A DNA stretch of 64,000 nucleotides from Nitrososphaeria archaeon (GTDB lineage Archaea; Thermoproteota; Nitrososphaeria; Geothermarchaeales; JDFR-13): assembly GCA_027078545.1 (NCBI GenBank), contig JALWXN010000004.1:142737-206736 (forward strand). Direction: 5' to 3'. Both the position numbers and the translations under genes were made by a program. Each line of letters begins with the position of its first letter. The stretch's first letter is position 1. The notes under the pieces were generated by a model. It saw nothing but the letters and a program-made list of their open reading frames with translations. It did not search any database and was not told where the DNA came from. Below, piece by piece: positions 59,338 through 64,000 of the stretch.

Positions 59338-59886
59338 ATGGTTCTCAGGGTGGGGCTCTACACCAATAATAGGGCTAAGATAGAGGGTGTCTATAGGGTC
59401 TTCGAGGAGCTCTATAGGGATGTCGAGCTGGTGACTAGTGGATCCGGGCTAGTCTTAAAGGATCAGCCCACATCCCTCGAAGAGATTGTGGAGGGAGCTG
59501 TTGCTAGGGCTAGGCATATGATACACAACTTCGATGTGGACTATGGCGTGGGTGTGGAGGCCGGTGTCTCCCCCCTAGGGCTATATGGTGTATACATAGT
59601 TCTACAGGTAGCCGCTGTGACGAGGGATGGGATAGGCTTTGGGCTGGGCGGCTCCTCAGCCTATTTCATAGACCATAGCCTAGGCTCCAGGATCGTTAGT
59701 AGCTCCATGGCGCGTGTACTGGAGAGTATAACTGGTGATCCTAGCATGAGGGAGTCGAAGGGCTTCATAGGCTACCTGACCCGGGGAAAGGTTGATAGGG
59801 CTGTGCTGACATATGAGGCTACCCGGAACGCGCTCCACACCTTTCTAAATGGCCATGTATTCAAGATGCCTAGTAAGGATCTCTAG
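59338..59886 (+). CDS. YjjX-like non-canonical purine NTP phosphatase
   Basis: 'VGLYTNNRAK', 'SGSGLVLKDQPTSLEE', 'GVGVEAGV'. Confidence 0.45.
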   Translation: MVLRVGLYTNNRAKIEGVYRVFEELYRDVELVTSGSGLVLKDQPTSLEEIVEGAVARARHMIHNFDVDYGVGVEAGVSPLGLYGVYIVLQVAAVTRDGIGFGLGGSSAYFIDHSLGSRIVSSSMARVLESITGDPSMRESKGFIGYLTRGKVDRAVLTYEATRNALHTFLNGHVFKMPSKDL

Positions 59887-60630
59887 GAGGGCTGTCTCCA
59901 CCGCTCCGCCATAGATGAGTAGGGCTGTGGCTATGGATAGGGAGGCCGCCACGTAGATCACATCCCAGAACCCTATCTTCATGGTGGTGAAGGGGGTGTG
60001 TCTAGCCCCCTCCCTGAAGCCCCGTAGCTCGAGGGTCTCGGCCACGCTTATACTCTTCCTTACACTTATGATGATGAGTGGTATGAGGATCGCTGTATAG
60101 TTCCTTATCCTCGTGGTTATGCCGCCAGTATCTAGTCTATGGCCACGGGATAGCTGTGCCTCCACTATCTCTGTCAACACCCTTGCCAATACATGTATGA
60201 AGCGGAGTGAGAGTGAGAATGCTAGGGTGATGGTTAGGGGCATACCCATCTTCTCCAGTGTTATGGCGAAGTCGTCGGGATTGGTGGTTAGGAAGAACGT
60301 GTTTAGGCTCATGACTAGGTTTAGGAGCTTCTGGGTGGGTAGGAGACTCGCCATCGGGTCTCCGGAGACTAGGTAGTTGGCTAGGAAGACTAGGGTCATG
60401 AGTGGAGCCAGGGTCACCAGGTTTTTCACCAGTTTTCTCCCTAGCCGCCCCAGTAGTAGTAGCGTGGCTAGTAGGAGGGCTGTTATGAGTAGCTGGATCG
60501 CTTGGCTGTTAACCAGTATGGTGAGGACCATATAGATGAATGCTACTAGTAGCTTGGCCCTAGGATCCAGCCTGTATAGGGCTGCGTCTCGCTCCTCGAA
60601 TCTGAAGGCCTCTAGCCCGATCCTATACAT
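59845..60630 (-). CDS. ecfT: ECF transporter transmembrane T component (CbiQ/EcfT)
   Basis: Multi-TM protein with 'ARAMESRGF'-like 'ETLELRGF' signature; downstream of two ABC ATPases. Confidence 0.7.
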   Translation of the reverse strand: MYRIGLEAFRFEERDAALYRLDPRAKLLVAFIYMVLTILVNSQAIQLLITALLLATLLLLGRLGRKLVKNLVTLAPLMTLVFLANYLVSGDPMASLLPTQKLLNLVMSLNTFFLTTNPDDFAITLEKMGMPLTITLAFSLSLRFIHVLARVLTEIVEAQLSRGHRLDTGGITTRIRNYTAILIPLIIISVRKSISVAETLELRGFREGARHTPFTTMKIGFWDVIYVAASLSIATALLIYGGAVETALLEILTRHLEYMAI

Positions 60631-61438
60631 TGTCGAGCACCCCCGCCACCTCGGCGAATACTCCGCAGTATCCGTGATAGTCCCTGATGACGCCGCTGGT
60701 CTTCATGTAGCTTGTTGAGCGGGCATATGTAGGCTTGACCAAGCCATACCTTCCCAGCTGGCCGGGATCTAGGTCTATGAGCTCCTGTGTATAGCCCCTA
60801 TACACGACTTGGCCGCCGCTGAGTATGACTACCCTCCCCTCCCTCTCTAGAACCAGCTCCATGTCATGTGTCACTATGACTACGGCCCCTCCTCTTGAGA
60901 GGTGTCTATCTATGGCCCATTGGAGCCTCCTCCTATAGTCGCCGTCGAGCCCTATTGTGGGCTCGTCCAGGACTAGGTATCGGGGGCTCCAGCCAGTCAT
61001 TATGGCTATGGATAGTATCCTCTTCTCTCCCCCGCTGAGGGTGAAGGGTGATCTGTCCCGGTATCTTGATAGGCCGTACTCCCTTAGGATCTCCTCGGCC
61101 CGTTGGTCAGGGTTCTCCACGCCGAAGTTCCTGAGTGTCGTGGATATCTCCTCGATTACTGTGGGCATGTAGAACATCTTCTCGGGGTTTTGGAATACTA
61201 TGGAGACCTTCTCGGCCAGTCTGGATACTGGTGTCTCCCTTGTGTCTAGGCCGTCCACCAATACTCTTCCCCTACTCGGTTTTAGGAGGCCGTTTAGATG
61301 TCGTATCAGGGTTGTCTTGCCCGAGCCGTTGTCCCCGAGGATATAGTATATCTCCCCCTCCACTATCTCGAGGGAGACGTCTCTAAGGACGTAGTTCCCG
61401 CCGTCATAGGTGTACCAGAGGTTCTCCACCCTTATCAA
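60623..61438 (-). CDS. ecfA: ECF transporter ATPase
   Basis: Walker A 'GDNGSGKTT', signature 'LSGGEKR', Walker B 'LVLDEPT'. Confidence 0.85.
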   Translation of the reverse strand: MIRVENLWYTYDGGNYVLRDVSLEIVEGEIYYILGDNGSGKTTLIRHLNGLLKPSRGRVLVDGLDTRETPVSRLAEKVSIVFQNPEKMFYMPTVIEEISTTLRNFGVENPDQRAEEILREYGLSRYRDRSPFTLSGGEKRILSIAIMTGWSPRYLVLDEPTIGLDGDYRRRLQWAIDRHLSRGGAVVIVTHDMELVLEREGRVVILSGGQVVYRGYTQELIDLDPGQLGRYGLVKPTYARSTSYMKTSGVIRDYHGYCGVFAEVAGVLDNV

Positions 61439-62259
61439 CTGTTTACACCCCTGGTGTTGACCACCTGTTTAAGGTCGTGGCTCAGGCGGATGTGTAGGGG
61501 TATGTTCAGCCTATGTTCCTCCGAGCCTAGGAGGTTGAGTAGCCTCCCCGGACTACCCGTGTATCTGACCACTCCCCTGTCTATGTAGATCACTGTGTCG
61601 ACGAATCCTATCCAGTAGTCTAGTCTATGGTCTATGACGAGGAGTGTGCTCTGGCCCGGGATATAGGTGTCTAGGAGGCTCTGGAGGTTCTTCACCGCCA
61701 TTGGTGATAGGTATGCCGAGGGCTCGTCGAGTATAAGCATCTTAGGCTCTAGCACCAGCATACTGGCTATAACCACCTTCTGTAGCTCGCCTCCCGAGAG
61801 TGTGTCTGTGGTTCTCCCCCATAGATGTGATATTCCTAGGTTCTCCATCACCCGCCTAGTTATCCTCTCCATCTCCTCTGTGGTCAGCCCCCTAAACTCT
61901 AGGGAGAAGGCTATCTCCCTCTCGACCTTGGTCATCAGGACCTGCTCCTCAGGGTTCTGCCTGAGATAGCCCACTGTCTCGGCCAGCCTCTGTATAGGTG
62001 TCTCTGACACCTTCATCCCGTCCACCACGACCTCGCCGGAGTATTCCCCCTGGTAGAAGTGGGGTATTAGGCCGGTGATGCACCTGGCCAGAGTGGTCTT
62101 ACCGGATCCGCTGGCCCCTACAAGTAGGTATCTCCTCCCCCGCTCGAGTCTCAGGTCTATCCCTCTGAGGGCTTTATCCCTGGCCCCTAGATACTTGAAC
62201 TCTAGGTTCTCTATGGATACTATCTCCTTCATCACGCCTCTCCTAGCTAAGCCTTTCAA
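61435..62259 (-). CDS. ecfA: ECF transporter ATPase (second)
   Basis: 'GASGSGKTT', 'LSGGELQ', 'LILDEPS'. Confidence 0.85.
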   Translation of the reverse strand: MKGLARRGVMKEIVSIENLEFKYLGARDKALRGIDLRLERGRRYLLVGASGSGKTTLARCITGLIPHFYQGEYSGEVVVDGMKVSETPIQRLAETVGYLRQNPEEQVLMTKVEREIAFSLEFRGLTTEEMERITRRVMENLGISHLWGRTTDTLSGGELQKVVIASMLVLEPKMLILDEPSAYLSPMAVKNLQSLLDTYIPGQSTLLVIDHRLDYWIGFVDTVIYIDRGVVRYTGSPGRLLNLLGSEEHRLNIPLHIRLSHDLKQVVNTRGVNS

Positions 62260-63265
62260 TTCTATAGCCGAGGTCTTTAACCGTTTCCCCCAGGCTTTCG
62301 ATAATTATCTCCCTCAGCTCCTCCCTATCCATCTTCCCAAATTCGATGTTGTAGATCGTTTCGTGCCCCCCTCCTGACGCCGTGATCCCCCTCTCCCTCA
62401 GTTTCTCGCCCAGCTTCTCCACCAGACGTTTAACCAGTCCGCCCTTCCCGTCGACCGCCCTGATATGGATCTTACCCCTCTTCTTGTATCCATATACTAT
62501 TGCTACGTCCCCGCCTATGGATAGTAGCTGTCTAGAGACCTTGTTGTGGTGGGAGCTTACATCGGTCAGGAGTATTATGGTCCCATCCGCCTTCCACCCC
62601 TCCAGCCTGAGCATGGCCTTGACTATAGCCATCCTCTCCGAACTGTCCCTCTCCTCCCTGGGTAGCTTGGCGTAGATGTCCTTGATCGTGTAGCCTGTAA
62701 GCTCCATGAGCCTAGCCACCCTATACATCGTCATCGGGGTGGCTAGTTGGAGGAACCTGGTCTCAACGTATATAGCTGCGAGTGCCATGACTAGGAGGTT
62801 GTCATCCATCTCTTCCATTCCGAGGATCTGGTCTACTATGTCTAGGACGATCTCGATTGTGGAGGACGCGTCTACACCATGTATGAAGCATCGGCCCGGG
62901 GGCTTCTCCATGGCTAGGTGATGGTCTATCCAGACGACCCTATCCCTGATCTCATGGATCTTCTCGGCCAGATCCCCCAGTAGCTTTGGGTTCGAGGTGT
63001 CTACCATGATGTAGAGGTCGTAGTCCGGCGATGCTTCAGTGATATACTCTATCCCCACGTCTAGGTTGTCTAGGAGGCTTAGGGTTATGCCGGAGAGACC
63101 CTCCGGCACGTATATATCAACCCTCTCAACCCCCCTCCTTAGGAGGAGTGTTCTAAGTAGTTCTGCCGATGCCACTGCATCTATATCCGCGTGTCTATGG
63201 GTTGTGATTAGGGCTGAACCGGCCTTCTCGAGCAGGCCTGTTAGACAGTCTACCCCCATCACCAT
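62243..63265 (-). CDS. DHH/DHHA1 phosphoesterase (NrnA-like)
   Basis: 'ITTHRHADIDAVAS', 'DHH', DHHA1 'GGGH' motifs. Confidence 0.7.
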   Translation of the reverse strand: MVMGVDCLTGLLEKAGSALITTHRHADIDAVASAELLRTLLLRRGVERVDIYVPEGLSGITLSLLDNLDVGIEYITEASPDYDLYIMVDTSNPKLLGDLAEKIHEIRDRVVWIDHHLAMEKPPGRCFIHGVDASSTIEIVLDIVDQILGMEEMDDNLLVMALAAIYVETRFLQLATPMTMYRVARLMELTGYTIKDIYAKLPREERDSSERMAIVKAMLRLEGWKADGTIILLTDVSSHHNKVSRQLLSIGGDVAIVYGYKKRGKIHIRAVDGKGGLVKRLVEKLGEKLRERGITASGGGHETIYNIEFGKMDREELREIIIESLGETVKDLGYRIERLS

Positions 63266-63303
63266 CTAAGATGACTGGTGATCCATCGTTATATCTGGCT
63301 AGT

Positions 63304-63663
63304 CTATGACACCTGTGCCGGCCCTCCCCCCATCAACTTCCTTATCTCGGCCTCAGCCTTCTTCATATCTTCTAGGAGCTTCTTCTCCTGGTCCTCCAGG
63401 ATCTTTATCCTGGTCTCTAGGAGCTTTATCGACTCTTCAAGCTCCTTAGCCACGTCCTCCTTCTTGACCTTTATGAATACTCCTCCCACTAGTCTATATA
63501 CATATTCGTCCTCACTGTTCTTCATGGCCTCGTAGGCGTTCTTGTTCTCTAGGAGTGTTACCTGTAGCTGCTGTTTCTGTAGGGCTATGCTCTGATAGGT
63601 CTTCTGCATATCGTTGAGCTGTTTGAGGAGCTGCTGCACCTTCGGGGGTATCTCTCTGCTCAC
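63304..63663 (-). CDS. pfdB: prefoldin beta subunit
   Basis: 119 aa coiled-coil protein 'QQLLKQLNDMQ...LETRIKILEDQEKKL'. Confidence 0.8.
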   Translation of the reverse strand: MSREIPPKVQQLLKQLNDMQKTYQSIALQKQQLQVTLLENKNAYEAMKNSEDEYVYRLVGGVFIKVKKEDVAKELEESIKLLETRIKILEDQEKKLLEDMKKAEAEIRKLMGGGPAQVS

Positions 63664-63702
63664 CGCTTCTCACCTCGCCGTGCTGTTTATGTAAGGGTCT
63701 CT

Positions 63703-63936
63703 CTATAGATTCTCCTTCTCTGGTAATAAATTCTCAAGCATCGCGACTCCTCGTAGAATGCTGTTTATTATGCCTCGGAACTCGGTCTGGCTTTTGCTCT
63801 CGACCTCGAGGACGACTTCTCCATCGATCCTAACAATCCTTATCAGTGGGTCGTCGACAGCTATCGCCGTGGCTATACGTATCTTCTCCTCTCCCCTGCC
63901 TAGGAAGATTCTCGCTCTATATCTACACCCCTCCAT
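63703..63936 (-). CDS. pcc1: KEOPS subunit Pcc1-like
   Basis: ~77 aa, 'AIAVDD...VLEVESKSQTEFRGIINSILRGVAMLENL', conserved position upstream of pfdB. Confidence 0.5.
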   Translation of the reverse strand: MEGCRYRARIFLGRGEEKIRIATAIAVDDPLIRIVRIDGEVVLEVESKSQTEFRGIINSILRGVAMLENLLPEKENL

Positions 63937-64000
63937 CTCCTCACCCTTATAACTGGGTATAGCTCCTCCTCCCCATGTCTAAACACTATCCTGTGCTCCT

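Overview
This is an archaeal chromosomal window of about 64 kb that is mostly dense core genes, with three compositionally distinct accessory stretches. The lineage looks like a hyperthermophile-style TACK archaeon outside Crenarchaeota. The evidence is DNA polymerase D large and small subunits and a long Hef helicase-nuclease alongside an Elf1-like transcription factor, plus tRNA genes with several introns at non-canonical positions. This is compatible with Korarchaeota-like lineages; that placement is inference, not proven.

Core content:
- Replication and repair genes: Orc1/Cdc6 with a probable origin next to it, PolD DP1 and DP2, PCNA, primase PriL and PriS, and XPD.
- Translation and transcription genes: aIF2-alpha, a Nop10 gene missed by the ORF track, ribosomal proteins S27e, L44e, L21e and L10e, RpoF, RpoL, TFS, SRP54, aRF1, ValRS and Csl4.
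- Membrane-lipid genes (glycerol-1-phosphate dehydrogenase, GGGP synthase), oligosaccharyltransferase AglB, a proteasome beta subunit, aCPSF1 and an ECF transporter.
- A solitary 16S rRNA gene with a clearly readable leader/trailer processing stem and no 23S gene downstream.
- Eight tRNA genes. At least six carry introns. tRNA-Leu(CAA) and tRNA-Tyr carry two introns each; tRNA-Ile has a non-canonical intron near position 25/26.

Accessory content:
1. Two AT-rich defense islets interleaved with the tRNA-Ile, tRNA-Asp and tRNA-Tyr genes. They encode a GmrSD-like DUF262/DUF1524 enzyme and a McrBC pair.
2. An island directly 3' of the 16S gene. It begins with an extreme GT-rich (A- and C-depleted) tract. 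It then contains two paralogous unknown genes, a secreted protein, a protein with a PD-(D/E)xK nuclease-like motif, and a divergent TGT-family (DpdA/ArcTGT-like) protein with a CxCxxC...H zinc motif. A VapBC pair sits next to it.

The TGT-like, nuclease-like and unknown genes form one tightly packed operon. This operon is the best candidate here for an undescribed system, for example a 7-deazaguanine-type DNA modification/restriction module. That reading is a hypothesis based on motifs and gene context only.
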